Counted from the stretch's first letter, positions 1 to 10,404 are shown. The stretch is DNA of 64,000 nt from an uncultured Alphaproteobacteria bacterium (GCA_934254675.1 CAKQLP010000002.1:15731-79730); one strand, 5' to 3'. Numbers and translations are program-made. Notes: generated by a model from the sequence alone, not told the origin.

Positions 1-1
1 A

Positions 2-847
2 GTGAAAGATAAAAACAATCGGGTGCACACAACCTTTTCGCAAACTGTGGTCAATACGGGGCGTTTGGCCTCATCTAATCCAAATTTGCAAAATATTCCA
101 AACCGCTCGGAAATTGGACGGAAAATTCGCTCGTGTTTTGTGGCGCGGAAGGGTTATAAAATTGTAGCTGCCGATTACAGCCAAATGGAGTTGCGTCTGT
201 TGGCGTCGGTGGCTGATGTAAAGGCTTTGAAAGAGGCTTTTGCCGCCGGAATCGATATTCACGCCGCCACAGCCGCTCGAGTGTTTGGATTAAAACCTGA
301 AGAAGTGGATAGAGAACACCGCAACCGCGCTAAAGCTATCAATTTTGGTATTGTCTATGGAATTTCTCAATTTGGTTTGGCTAAACAAATCGGCACCACT
401 AAGGAAATTGCCAAACAATATATAGATTCTTATTTTGCCGCAATGCCGGAAGTTAAAACCTATATGGAAAAGACCATAGCATTTGCCCGTAGTCATGGTT
501 ATGTTTTAACGCCGATGGGACGTAAATGCGCCGTGTTGGGGATTAATGATAAAAATCATCGTGTGGTTTCATTTGCCGAACGCGCGGCTATAAACGCGCC
601 AATACAGGGCGGGGCGGCCGATATTGTGAAATTGGCCATGCAAAAAGTTTTTCAGGCAATGAAAGTACATCAATTGGACGGGCGTTTGCTGTTGCAAGTG
701 CACGATGAATTGGTGCTGGAAGTAAAAGCCGAGCATGCTGGACAAACTGCCGCTTTATTGCAAAAAATTATGGAAGAGGCGGCTGATATGGCAGTAAAAA
801 TGGTGGTGGAAACCGGTGTTGGCGACACTTGGGCTTCTGCACATTAA
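2..847 (+). CDS. polA: DNA polymerase I, C-terminal polymerase domain (5'-truncated by window edge)
   Basis: ORF translation carries Pol I family A motifs (..DYSQMELRLLA.., ..INFGIVYGIS.., ..LLQVHDELVLE..). The ORF is open to the window start. Confidence 0.9.
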   Translation: MKDKNNRVHTTFSQTVVNTGRLASSNPNLQNIPNRSEIGRKIRSCFVARKGYKIVAADYSQMELRLLASVADVKALKEAFAAGIDIHAATAARVFGLKPEEVDREHRNRAKAINFGIVYGISQFGLAKQIGTTKEIAKQYIDSYFAAMPEVKTYMEKTIAFARSHGYVLTPMGRKCAVLGINDKNHRVVSFAERAAINAPIQGGAADIVKLAMQKVFQAMKVHQLDGRLLLQVHDELVLEVKAEHAGQTAALLQKIMEEAADMAVKMVVETGVGDTWASAH

Positions 848-984
848 AATAACAAAAAAATCCTATGTTTGAAACACAGGATTTTTTTGTTTAGTTTGTA
901 ATATTTTGATAAACAAAGTATGTGTTAACCTTTCAGTCATAAATTATGTCGTATAAAAGAAACAATAGATTAGAAGGAGAATGC

Positions 985-1530
985 AAAATGAAAAAATATT
1001 TGATAATTGCCGCCGGTTTGTTGGCCGCCGTTTCCGCAAATGCCGGAGAGTATCGTCCGTATGTCGGGTTTGACTATGTGAATATGACACCAAACTTAAA
1101 AGGCAGATATGAAAATACTCACGCCGATAACTATGATTTAGGAAGCTTGGCCGCCGGTGTAAAATTTGTTGACTATGGTTCAATAGAATTTTTTGCCGAA
1201 CGTTCAATGCGGGAAAAGAAAGTTTTGGGTTCAAATGTGGCTCGTAGCCGTTTTTATGGTTATGGCGCCGATATTTTGATTGATATGTATAATGTTTCGG
1301 ATGCCACAATTTTAGGTTCTGTCGGGTATGGACGAATTTCTTCAAACTTGAAGTACAATGGTAAAAGCGATAAAGATAAAACAAATGCGTTGCGTCTTGG
1401 CGTGGGCGGTGAAATTAATCCGACACCGGAATGGGGATTCCGCGCAATGTATCGTTATTCTCTGGCGGATGGTGACGCTTATAATAACAGCAAAGAATTT
1501 ACAATAGGCGCACGCTATTATTTTTATTAG
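985..1530 (+). CDS. outer-membrane beta-barrel protein (OmpA-like/porin-family)
   Basis: GGAG RBS precedes the ATG at 985. Signal peptide MKKYLIIAAGLLAAVSANA. Alternating amphipathic beta-strand pattern with a C-terminal aromatic residue (..RYYFY), typical of OM beta-barrels. Confidence 0.6.
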   Translation, partial: KMKKYLIIAAGLLAAVSANAGEYRPYVGFDYVNMTPNLKGRYENTHADNYDLGSLAAGVKFVDYGSIEFFAERSMREKKVLGSNVARSRFYGYGADILIDMYNVSDATILGSVGYGRISSNLKYNGKSDKDKTNALRLGVGGEINPTPEWGFRAMYRYSLADGDAYNNSKEFTIGARYYFY

Positions 1531-1611
1531 TTGGAAAATGAGCATTTTCTGAAAATTATGACGCTCGCACGATAGCTATGTGTGAGCGTCATAATTATTA
1601 TGTTTATCTTT

Positions 1612-2070
1612 TTATCTTTTCCGTTTTTTCTTAAAGAAATCTTGCAGTAATTGAGAACTTTCGGTGGCAAGGATGCCGTGTTCAATTTGCGGTCGGTGAT
1701 GGCATGTCGGTGCGTCAAAAAATTTTACGCCGCTGATGACCGCGCCGCCTTTTTCATCGGTTGCGCCAAAATAAAGATGTTTGATACGAGCAAAAGATAT
1801 TGCCGCCGCGCACATGGTGCATGGTTCTAAAGTAACATACATATCCATGTCCCAAAGGCGTGATTGTTTTAATTTTTTACAGGCTCTTTGAATGGCTAAA
1901 ATTTCAGCATGAGCCGTCGCGTCTCCATTGTGGGCGCTTTGATTGCGAGCCGCGGCTATGATTTCGTCTGTTTGTGGATTGACGACGATGGCGCCGATGG
2001 GAACTTCATCATTTTCAGCCGCTTCTTTGGCTAAATTTAAGGCTAAAAGCATATAATTTTCTTTTTCCAT
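1612..2070 (-). CDS. tadA: tRNA adenosine(34) deaminase
   Basis: CMP/dCMP-type deaminase zinc motifs HAEILAI and PCTMCAAAI. Size (152 aa) is typical of TadA. Confidence 0.85.
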   Translation of the reverse strand: MEKENYMLLALNLAKEAAENDEVPIGAIVVNPQTDEIIAAARNQSAHNGDATAHAEILAIQRACKKLKQSRLWDMDMYVTLEPCTMCAAAISFARIKHLYFGATDEKGGAVISGVKFFDAPTCHHRPQIEHGILATESSQLLQDFFKKKRKR

Positions 2071-2134
2071 AGTTTCACTCTTTTTTCATAAATTTCTGTT
2101 AGTATAACTAAAATTGTGTAAAAAGGAAGAAAAA

Positions 2135-2857
2135 ATGGCGGAAAGATTGGCAAAATTTATGGCTCGCAGCGGTGTATGTTCTCGCCGTGACGCTGAAAAA
2201 TTGATTGAACAAAAACGAGTTACCGTAAATGGTGAAATTATTGATACACCGGCTTTTAATGTTGATGGAACCGAAAAAATTTTATTGGATGGTGAAAAAC
2301 TGCCCGAAATTGAGCAAACTCGCCTATGGTTGTATCATAAACCTGCCGGATTGCTGACAACTCATAAAGATACCGAAGCCAGAGCAACGGTCTTTGACCA
2401 TTTGCCGGCCGGATTGCCTCGTGTTATCAGTGTCGGTCGTTTGGATTTGAATTCAGAAGGATTACTGTTGTTAACAAATAACGGAGAACTTTCCCGCAAG
2501 TTGGAATTGCCTGAAAATGGTTGGAGCCGTCGCTATAAGGTGCGTGTCCATGGTGTTGTTAATAAGAAAAAGTTGTCTGAACTAGCAGATGGAACGGTTA
2601 TCGATGGGATAAATTATGGACCGGTTAAGGCGGAATTAGAAAGCCAAAATGGAACAAACAGCTGGCTGATTGTTACTTTGAATGAAGGAAAAAACAGAGA
2701 AATACGTAAACTTATGAAATCTATCGGATTGGAAGTGGCGCGGCTTATTCGATTGTCTTATGGCCCATTTCAACTGGGTAGTTTGAAAAAAGGCGAGGTG
2801 CGGGAAATTCCTCAGAAAGTTTTGAAAGAACAATTAGGGAGTAAAATAAGCTTATGA
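2135..2857 (+). CDS. rRNA pseudouridine synthase, RsuA/RluB family with N-terminal S4 domain
   Basis: S4 RNA-binding region (RLAKFMARSGVCSRRDAEKLIEQKRVTVNG) and catalytic GRLD motif (VGRLDLNSEGLLLLTNNGEL). RBS is upstream of the ATG at 2135. Confidence 0.75.
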   Translation: MAERLAKFMARSGVCSRRDAEKLIEQKRVTVNGEIIDTPAFNVDGTEKILLDGEKLPEIEQTRLWLYHKPAGLLTTHKDTEARATVFDHLPAGLPRVISVGRLDLNSEGLLLLTNNGELSRKLELPENGWSRRYKVRVHGVVNKKKLSELADGTVIDGINYGPVKAELESQNGTNSWLIVTLNEGKNREIRKLMKSIGLEVARLIRLSYGPFQLGSLKKGEVREIPQKVLKEQLGSKISL

Positions 2858-3405
2858 GAATTGTGGCTGGACAATATCGTGGAAAAAAACTTTTTACTCC
2901 GGAAGGTAAAGACGTTCGTCCAACATCGGAACGAGCCAGAGAAGCTGTTTTTAATATATTAAATTCTCGTTGGGGGAGTGATTATAGTTTTATTCATTTA
3001 GCGGATATTTTCGCCGGAACGGGAGCGTTTGGCTTGGAAGCTTTGTCTCGCGGCGCTGCCTCTGTAACTTTAGTTGACAAAGACACGGCGCTGGCGCTGA
3101 AAAACGCTAAAATGTTTGTAAAAGAGCAAAATAGAATTAAAGTAGTAAGAGCCGATGCCTTGAATTTACCTAAATTACAAACCAAATTTAATGTAGTTTT
3201 TATGGATGCGCCTTATGCGAAAGGTTTGACAGAAGAAGTTTTAAAGCAATTGATTGCTAAGGAATGGTTGAGTGAAAATTTTTTGTGTATTGTTGAAATC
3301 AGATGCGATGAACATATTGATATTCCAAAAGAATATGAAGTTGTTGATGAACGGGAATATGGTTTGGCAAAAATTTTATTTTTAGAGTCCAAAAATGTAA
3401 AATAA
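2854..3405 (+). CDS. rsmD: 16S rRNA (guanine966-N2)-methyltransferase-like (RsmD family)
   Basis: N-terminus MRIVAGQYRGKKL..P.G..RPT..R.REA.FN and the DAPY motif region (FMDAPYAKG). Start overlaps the previous gene by 4 nt (ATGA-type coupling). Confidence 0.7.
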   Translation: MRIVAGQYRGKKLFTPEGKDVRPTSERAREAVFNILNSRWGSDYSFIHLADIFAGTGAFGLEALSRGAASVTLVDKDTALALKNAKMFVKEQNRIKVVRADALNLPKLQTKFNVVFMDAPYAKGLTEEVLKQLIAKEWLSENFLCIVEIRCDEHIDIPKEYEVVDEREYGLAKILFLESKNVK

Positions 3406-3470
3406 TTGTTATTTTTTGTCGAAAATTGGTTGCGAATATGAAAAAAATATGGTAGTTTATAAGAAAGACA

Positions 3471-5729
3471 ATGGAAAAAGAGGTTATTATGGCAAACGTT
3501 TTATTAGAAAATACAAATGTTTTTGAATTGAAGCCGGAATATCAAGTTGAGGCATTGCGTAAAAGATTTGGTGCTGAACAAAATGCTCTTAAAGGGAGTT
3601 ATAATTCCAATGTGGTTGAAAAACATCGTATTCAAGGCGCTTATGAAGATTTTGTTTCGGATAAAGACGCAACGTTTGATTATGACCAATTGAGTTTGCT
3701 GTCCTATAAAGACGAATTGGAAGATGCTCAGCATCAAGTTATTGAAAAAGCAGCAAACAGACGTGGTGAAATGGAATTGCTGGATAAATATGACACTTCT
3801 TTTGCTTCACTTTATCAAATTAAAGAGCAAAGTGAAAAGTCAGGAGAAAAAGTCTCTTTTTCATTTAAGGAAGTCAGTCAGGATTATCCGGCTGGGATTA
3901 TCACTCAAGAACAATATTATGAAATGGGGGCAAACCCTAAGGGAGAAGTTAAACAATTGGCTTTGCAGGTGAAATTGCCTGAAGGCGAGCGTTTTGATTT
4001 ATTAATGCCGCCATATGACAAGCCGGGTGATGACAATAAAAAAGTTAAAGCTCAAATTGCCTTTGATGAAGATGCTTTGCAAGCTTTAAATGCCGATAAA
4101 TTAGCAAAAATAATGGATTTTTGCGAGAGCCATGGATTATCGACATTTCAAATGGATGTTCCATATTCTTTTGATGGAAATATTGATGCCGAAGAAAAAA
4201 TGGGAGCTTTGTTGCAGCAATTAAAAGAACAAGCATCTCAAAAAGAAATAATCGCTATGCAAAATGAGGCTCATAATATAGAAAACAGCAAGAACAATGC
4301 GTTAAATAATACAAAAAATGTTCAAGAAGATGCCCAGAACACGCATGCTTTATATGATGAACCTCAGCAACAGGAAGTTATTGAAACAGATTCTTTAGCG
4401 CAAAGCAATGAAGCTTCAAATTCAGTTGAAATGCCGATGGCGCAAAAAAAAACAAAACCCGAAAAGACTCAAAGTGACGCTGAAGCAGGATTTGAGAAAT
4501 TTTTAGAAGGTGGTTTGCGTAAAAGTCGGGGCTTTTCTTATTTTAAGGAAACTTCTTTTTCCGGTTGGACAAAATATATTGTATATGACAAGGCTGATAG
4601 GGATAATCGCAAAAAAGACGGAAGAAAAGATAAAAGCGGTGAGGCTAAATTCACATATAGTTTTAAACTGTTTGTAAAAAAAGAAAAAGGCCAATTTCGT
4701 TTTGCCTATCGGACTCCGGGAAATAAAAAAATAGATGATTCCGTGGTTAACGGAATGGTTGGTCAATTTAAAGATTTAGGGATTAAACGCGTGCGTTTTC
4801 CGGATGGTTTGCAAGATGCTGAAAAGAAACTTTGGCGAATTGCTTTGGCTGAAAACGGTATTGTTCCGGTTGGTATGGGATTGGACAAGGCTAAGGCCGA
4901 AGGCATGTTGAAAGCGGCAAAAGAAAAATTATCGGCGGAAGCTTATATTCAGTATAGGTATAAGTTGGCATTGCAAATGGAAAAAGATAATTTAAAAAAA
5001 GGAAAAACAGTTTCTCCATCGGAGCAAGATTTTATCGACAGTATCAAAAACAGTCAGAAATATATGGCGTTTACAGAAGGATATGGCGGAAAACTTAAAG
5101 GAATGTTGCGAGACAGTTTGGATGCCGCGGATATAAACCATGATGACGGCGCGATTGAAAAAGCTGCCGCATATATGGCGATGCGCCGTTTGTTTGATGT
5201 TTATAAAGAAACTGTTGACCATGCGGATATTTTAGGCAGCCAAAACCTAAGCAATGAGGAAAAGCAAAAAATTAAAGTTGCCGGTTTAACAGGACAAGTC
5301 AGCGAATTTAATCCGGAACAAATGGGACAGTTGTATGAAATTATGAAAATAAAAAGCAAAGCTGATGCCAAAAAAGAAATAGATGAAGGTTTGTTGGATA
5401 CACGTGATGTGAATAACAAAGGTTCAAAAGGCGCAAAGCGTGCTGATAATGTGATTATTAAAGAAGTTTTTGACGGTGCCCGCAATCGTTTTGAAAAGGT
5501 CAATGAAATTTTGGCTCCGCTTGGTGTTGATGAAATTAGTTTTCCAAAATCTTTCGGACGTTTACATTATGATAACTTTTATAAAGAGCATCCGGAATTT
5601 CAAAGAAGAGCTCCGCAGCAAAGCAATACGCCACAGCAAACAAATCCAGCACCTTCCAAATCTGCTGAAAACAGCCACAAAGTAAAAGCGTTTGTTCAAA
5701 ACTATCATACCGCAAAAGGGAGAGAATAG
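3471..5729 (+). CDS. large hypothetical protein (752 aa), K/E/D-rich, no signal peptide, no recognisable domain
   Basis: Long uninterrupted ORF with a good purine-rich RBS region. No Walker A, protease or nuclease motif found by eye. Confidence 0.6.
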   Translation: MEKEVIMANVLLENTNVFELKPEYQVEALRKRFGAEQNALKGSYNSNVVEKHRIQGAYEDFVSDKDATFDYDQLSLLSYKDELEDAQHQVIEKAANRRGEMELLDKYDTSFASLYQIKEQSEKSGEKVSFSFKEVSQDYPAGIITQEQYYEMGANPKGEVKQLALQVKLPEGERFDLLMPPYDKPGDDNKKVKAQIAFDEDALQALNADKLAKIMDFCESHGLSTFQMDVPYSFDGNIDAEEKMGALLQQLKEQASQKEIIAMQNEAHNIENSKNNALNNTKNVQEDAQNTHALYDEPQQQEVIETDSLAQSNEASNSVEMPMAQKKTKPEKTQSDAEAGFEKFLEGGLRKSRGFSYFKETSFSGWTKYIVYDKADRDNRKKDGRKDKSGEAKFTYSFKLFVKKEKGQFRFAYRTPGNKKIDDSVVNGMVGQFKDLGIKRVRFPDGLQDAEKKLWRIALAENGIVPVGMGLDKAKAEGMLKAAKEKLSAEAYIQYRYKLALQMEKDNLKKGKTVSPSEQDFIDSIKNSQKYMAFTEGYGGKLKGMLRDSLDAADINHDDGAIEKAAAYMAMRRLFDVYKETVDHADILGSQNLSNEEKQKIKVAGLTGQVSEFNPEQMGQLYEIMKIKSKADAKKEIDEGLLDTRDVNNKGSKGAKRADNVIIKEVFDGARNRFEKVNEILAPLGVDEISFPKSFGRLHYDNFYKEHPEFQRRAPQQSNTPQQTNPAPSKSAENSHKVKAFVQNYHTAKGRE

Positions 5730-5751
5730 AGCGATATTTGAAAATTAAAAG

Positions 5752-5792
5752 AAAAATCTCTGGCTTTATATTCAAAGGCAGAGATTTTTCTT
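5752..5792. terminator. bidirectional Rho-independent terminator between convergent genes
   Basis: Hairpin AAATCTCTG-(N16)-CAGAGATTT, flanked by an A-run on the 5' side and a T-run on the 3' side. Confidence 0.5.
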
Positions 5793-6110
5793 TTAGCTAA
5801 AAATTACTTTCCAGCGATAAGGGGATGAAGTCTTGGGGTGAAAGGTGTATCCGACAATTTTGTTTTTGTTGGTGATAATACGCCACACGCCAGGAACTAA
5901 AGATACAATTTCTAAAACGGGATACTTTCCGGCAATCCAAGTTGTTTTGGAACGAAATTTCCCATTGAAGTTTGCATGTTCCACTTTTACGCTGACATGT
6001 TGATGTTTTTTGAGCTGCAAAAAAATTTTTTTGTTTTCCTTCAGCTCGTTGATTTCAAAATTTTGAACCATAATAATAAGATTTAGTCCAACAAAATAGT
6101 TTAAATGCAC
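5793..6110 (-). CDS. hypothetical protein (105 aa)
   Basis: ORF only. No motif recognised. Confidence 0.3.
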   Translation of the reverse strand: MHLNYFVGLNLIIMVQNFEINELKENKKIFLQLKKHQHVSVKVEHANFNGKFRSKTTWIAGKYPVLEIVSLVPGVWRIITNKNKIVGYTFHPKTSSPYRWKVIFS

Positions 6111-6270
6111 GATAGCTATAAAACATTATTTTCTAAAAGTAAAGTTGTTTAGCAAAAAATATATTAAAAATTGTTTATTCGTGTAAGAATTTTATAGAAA
6201 AGCTTGGTAAAAAATTGTTGACACTGCTTTTTTTGCAGTCTAGGATACAAATATATTAGGGAGTGTTGTC

Positions 6271-7842
6271 ATGGGATTGCGCTTTGCCGATTTAACATAT
6301 TCTGATAAAGAATTGGAACAAGATGCCATACATTATTTGAAAGAACAAGTGTATGAACCATCATATGCGGACAAGGTTAAAGCTTTTATTGCTGAAGATG
6401 TGGCAGATTTCAAGCGCAACTATGACGATGATGAAAATGTTTTCTTGAATTTATTTTATGATGAGTTTCGTAGCGGCTATGTGCCGATGGATGATCGTAA
6501 AATTTCCAACACAAATTTTCAGAAACTAACAAATGTTTTGGAAAAAGTTTTAGAGCGTTATGATGTGCCTGAAGATGATGTTGAGCGCTATGCTTTTATG
6601 TTGGACACAGAGTTTAGAAAAAACGCTTTTTGCTCGCATATGGAACCTTATTTTGCGGAATTAGATGCTGTGATAGCAACCGTAATGGTTGGATATTCCC
6701 GTAATCCGTTGTTCTCTATATATTCAATTGCTCGAGAATGGTGCATGGCTATGCATTTGAAAAAAATGTATCCGCAGCTGGTCAGAAAATTTGGTTATAA
6801 ATATCAACGGATATGTTATGATTATTCTGGAGAAGAACGATTAAAAAAACTTGTTGATTTTAAAGATAAATATCAGCACACATTTAAGAATATTGGTATA
6901 TTACGGGCAATTCATTCCAGTGTTTTTGCTTATGCGTATTTATATTTGAAAGCGGTGTTGACCAAAGAAGTTATCACGGCGGAAAATTTTATTTTAGATA
7001 GTTCTTCTTCAAAAATAACACTGTTATTGCAAGGTGAATCTATTACAAATTTTGATTTTCCTGTTACAAAATATGTCCTGAACAAGTTTAAAGAAGGAAT
7101 GTATGAAGATTTTTTGACGGAAGACGGAAAAATTAAATGGGATGCTCTGTATATTTTTACGTTTAATGCTATAAAAGATGCAGGTTTTGAAGGTATTCAC
7201 TTTTTTGGCTTTGACAGTATTGAAGCTAAAACCATACGTTCTTTTTGGAATAAAAGCGCCAATATGCAGAGCATGTTAAAAATATTGCGAAAATTGGCTT
7301 TGGAAAATAACAATCCGGTGTTTAATCGCCTGATAGAAGGGTGTGAATATCGTTTGGGACGGCCAGATAAAGCCAAAGAAAAAATGGAACAATTTATTGA
7401 AGATACGCGTCGAATTATGGCAGCTAGATCTTATGAGTTAACAAAACCGAGAACTATGGCGCAAGAACTGATTTCGGCTTTTCCTTCAGTATTTCTTGTT
7501 TATTTTCAGTGGCATCATAATTTTAGAAATATTTATCCAAAGTTTCCTGAGCGAGAAGCGCGTAAAAAAGACGAATTGCAAACAAAACTGAAACGAGATA
7601 CCGAGTTAAAAGAATTGGTTGCAAAACAAGCCGATAAATGGAAGCCTGTTCAAGAAAATGGTATTAAAGATATTGTTAGAAATAGTGTGCCAGAAGATAA
7701 ATTACGCGCTATTTTGGAAAATAAACAGCGAACAATGGCTGAAATGTCTCAGGAAAAACGTCGAGAGCAGTTTCAAGAACAAAATGCAGATAAGGCTTTG
7801 CGTACAGCGGAGCTTATGCGCCGTATGAATCAGAATTCTTGA
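6271..7842 (+). CDS. hypothetical protein (523 aa), charged C-terminal region, no signal peptide
   Basis: Long ORF with AGGGAG RBS. TTGACA-N17-TAGGAT promoter-like sequence at about 6220-6250. No known domain recognised. Confidence 0.6.
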   Translation: MGLRFADLTYSDKELEQDAIHYLKEQVYEPSYADKVKAFIAEDVADFKRNYDDDENVFLNLFYDEFRSGYVPMDDRKISNTNFQKLTNVLEKVLERYDVPEDDVERYAFMLDTEFRKNAFCSHMEPYFAELDAVIATVMVGYSRNPLFSIYSIAREWCMAMHLKKMYPQLVRKFGYKYQRICYDYSGEERLKKLVDFKDKYQHTFKNIGILRAIHSSVFAYAYLYLKAVLTKEVITAENFILDSSSSKITLLLQGESITNFDFPVTKYVLNKFKEGMYEDFLTEDGKIKWDALYIFTFNAIKDAGFEGIHFFGFDSIEAKTIRSFWNKSANMQSMLKILRKLALENNNPVFNRLIEGCEYRLGRPDKAKEKMEQFIEDTRRIMAARSYELTKPRTMAQELISAFPSVFLVYFQWHHNFRNIYPKFPEREARKKDELQTKLKRDTELKELVAKQADKWKPVQENGIKDIVRNSVPEDKLRAILENKQRTMAEMSQEKRREQFQEQNADKALRTAELMRRMNQNS

Positions 7843-9563
7843 TAATTTATTTTGTATAAAATATCTTTAGAACCAGTATTTATTTTTTCCAGCCATGGAT
7901 AAATTTGTTTGCCTGTTATGATTTTACCGTAAAATTTATCAATATTTTTATCTGGATAGATATAGTATTGGGAGTTAGAAAAATAACGATACGGAAGAAA
8001 TATATATTGAATTTGGTGTTTCTGCAATAACCTTTTTATTTCGGTTTCATCGGTTGAAAAGAATATTTTGTGATTGTCGGCTATGCCGGCGACGGCCGAG
8101 TGATAAGGTATGGCTACTGTTTTTATATTTTTATCAAAAATGAATTGAGGGGAGGCAAAGCGATCAGTTAAAATCACACTATTTTGCGGAATTTCTTCTG
8201 ATTTTATTGGATGTAAAGGTTCATATCTGAATGATGCTAATAAAAATAAAGCGGTGCAAATATAACCGAATGCTAAATATTTTGTATTTTGAGTTTTATA
8301 AGTTTTAAATAATAGTTTGTTGATAAAAATATTGTTTAAATAAGCTAAAATGCATAGTTCGTACAGAATAAAACGTTCTATAAAAAGGGATAGAAAACTA
8401 AAAAATACAAATAAAAATGCTAAATTAATTTCAATAGTGTGATTTTTTTGCGGTTTATAAAATAAAATCATCAATACTAAGACTGTTTCAAAAACAATCA
8501 TTTCTATCAAATAAACAAAGTGCCAAAGAGGTTTCATTTCTGTTATATATGGTAAAAAAGAATTTTTTATATTTTCATCATAAATTGAAGCGAAAATGAT
8601 AGATGTATTGAAAACATAACAGATGAATGTGAGAGAAACGGCTCCGCAGACAAGTGTGCCGAAAATTTTAGCAGATATTTTTTTTAGCTTAAACCAATAT
8701 AGTGTGTTAAACGAACTGTAAATTAAAAAAGTTATAACCACATGAATTGCTGAAAGTCTCGTGTTTTCAAAGCTGAAATAGCCTCTATAAGGGGGATTGA
8801 GAAGCCATGCTAAAATTGTTGCAATAAAAAGTCCTAAAGTGTAAGTTTTAATTGCATTTAATGAAATTTTATTAAACAGCCAGTTGAGAAAAAGCAGTCC
8901 TAAAATTGCAGCAACGAAAATAAATCCTTCCACGGCAGAAGAAATCCAGATGCCGCAGCCGGCTAGAATGCCGGCAAAAAATAAAAGGCGAAAACGCTCT
9001 TTGGCTAAGTTTAGCAAAACAGCGCTTATGTTATAGGCGAAAAATAAAAATATGACAGAATGGTGATCAGGTCGGTTAAAGTCAAAAACATTATTAAATT
9101 TAGTGAAAAAAGCAAACGAGAGGATAAAACTGAAAAGTAGAATTTTTGGCGTTTGTTTGACAAAGGGTTTTAATCCCCAAAAGACGACAATTAGACTTAA
9201 AGCCAAACAAAGCGGAGATAGAGCCATGCCGCTATAAAATATAGCTTCTTTAAGTGAAAAAAACGGTATCAGCGGTAAGGCTAAGATAGTCCAAATTATA
9301 TCCAATAGACGGGTAAAATGTAAAATTTCACCAAACGGATAATTTCCATAAGGATAAATCTGTTCATACCAACTGAAATTTTGCAACCAATAAATGATGC
9401 GGGTGGCATGGGTGTAACAATCTGTGCCAACATAAAATAATTTGTGAAATTGAATATATGTCAGAAGAATATCACCGCATGTGTAAATAGCGGTTATTCC
9501 CAAAATCCATAAATAAAGATGTTTTACAAAACAGTTGGCTGTTTGGGTTTGCACTTTGTTCAT
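7830..9563 (-). CDS. polytopic membrane protein (577 aa), possibly GT-C-type glycosyltransferase-like
   Basis: About 12 predicted hydrophobic helices followed by a ~130-aa soluble C-terminal domain. Abuts mtnN on the same strand (9563/9564), suggesting co-transcription. Family assignment is tentative. Confidence 0.45.
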   Translation of the reverse strand: MNKVQTQTANCFVKHLYLWILGITAIYTCGDILLTYIQFHKLFYVGTDCYTHATRIIYWLQNFSWYEQIYPYGNYPFGEILHFTRLLDIIWTILALPLIPFFSLKEAIFYSGMALSPLCLALSLIVVFWGLKPFVKQTPKILLFSFILSFAFFTKFNNVFDFNRPDHHSVIFLFFAYNISAVLLNLAKERFRLLFFAGILAGCGIWISSAVEGFIFVAAILGLLFLNWLFNKISLNAIKTYTLGLFIATILAWLLNPPYRGYFSFENTRLSAIHVVITFLIYSSFNTLYWFKLKKISAKIFGTLVCGAVSLTFICYVFNTSIIFASIYDENIKNSFLPYITEMKPLWHFVYLIEMIVFETVLVLMILFYKPQKNHTIEINLAFLFVFFSFLSLFIERFILYELCILAYLNNIFINKLLFKTYKTQNTKYLAFGYICTALFLLASFRYEPLHPIKSEEIPQNSVILTDRFASPQFIFDKNIKTVAIPYHSAVAGIADNHKIFFSTDETEIKRLLQKHQIQYIFLPYRYFSNSQYYIYPDKNIDKFYGKIITGKQIYPWLEKINTGSKDILYKINYQEF

Positions 9564-10235
9564 CTAGGTAAGACTTTCTAATAATTTAGATAGTAGTTCA
9601 ATTGATTTCTGGGCGGTATTTTGCCAGAACTCGGCGTATTGTTGTTCTGAAAAAGGATGCCCCGGAATATCACTGATTTGCCGCAGACAAAGCAGCGGAG
9701 TTTGATAAATATAACAAGTTTGAGCAATGGCCGCGCTTTCCATATCCACAGCCAAAGCAGTTGGAAAATTATGAGTAATTGCGTCAAGTTCTTTTTTTTC
9801 GGTTATAAATTTATCTCCGCAACAAATAAGCCCATGTTTGAATTTGGAGAGTTTTGCGACAAGTTTCGGTTCTGAGTGGTAGGTGGCTGGAAATTCTTGA
9901 ATTTGTCCATAGGCATTTGGTTCTCCGCACCAAACGTCGTGGTAGGTGATATCTGAACCAATGATATATTCGCCGATATGCAGCTGATTGCTTAGTCCGC
10001 CGGAAATACCGATATTGAGAATAGCGTCTGGAGCGAAGGTTTCTATTAAATCTGCGGTGCAAAGTGCCGCGTTTACTTTACCAATACCGGAAACAACGGC
10101 AAAAAGCTCACAATTTTTGAATATTCCGTGGTAAAAGGAATGTTTTTTTCCTTGCGTTAAGGCAAAGTCAGATACAATTGAAGCAAAAAGCTCAAGTTCT
10201 TTGTTCATAGCAAATATAACGCCGATTTTTTTCAT
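9564..10235 (-). CDS. mtnN: 5'-methylthioadenosine/S-adenosylhomocysteine nucleosidase
   Basis: PNP/UDP family features of Pfs: MKKIGVIFAM..E.., ..VSGIGKVNAA.., ..DMESAAIAQ... Confidence 0.8.
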   Translation of the reverse strand: MKKIGVIFAMNKELELFASIVSDFALTQGKKHSFYHGIFKNCELFAVVSGIGKVNAALCTADLIETFAPDAILNIGISGGLSNQLHIGEYIIGSDITYHDVWCGEPNAYGQIQEFPATYHSEPKLVAKLSKFKHGLICCGDKFITEKKELDAITHNFPTALAVDMESAAIAQTCYIYQTPLLCLRQISDIPGHPFSEQQYAEFWQNTAQKSIELLSKLLESLT

Positions 10236-10404
10236 GATTAACACTCCTTTGATTTTAGGATAATAAATTGTAAAATATTTAGCAACATAAAACTTGACAA
10301 TGCACAGAATGTAAGGTTAATAATTGTGTAGCGGGAATGACAACTGCAATGTGGATTTATAACCAACTTGTCCAGCAGTCAAATGGACTAAAAAGGAGAA
10401 AAAA

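Noticed and set aside
944-1384. Minus-strand ORFs of 146 aa and 67 aa (1342..1545) overlapping the OMP gene
   Set aside because: They are antisense to a gene with an RBS, signal peptide and beta-barrel features. Their composition is low-complexity.
9578-10062. Small overlapping ORFs on both strands within mtnN
   Set aside because: They lie inside or antisense to the MtnN coding sequence, without RBS or motifs.
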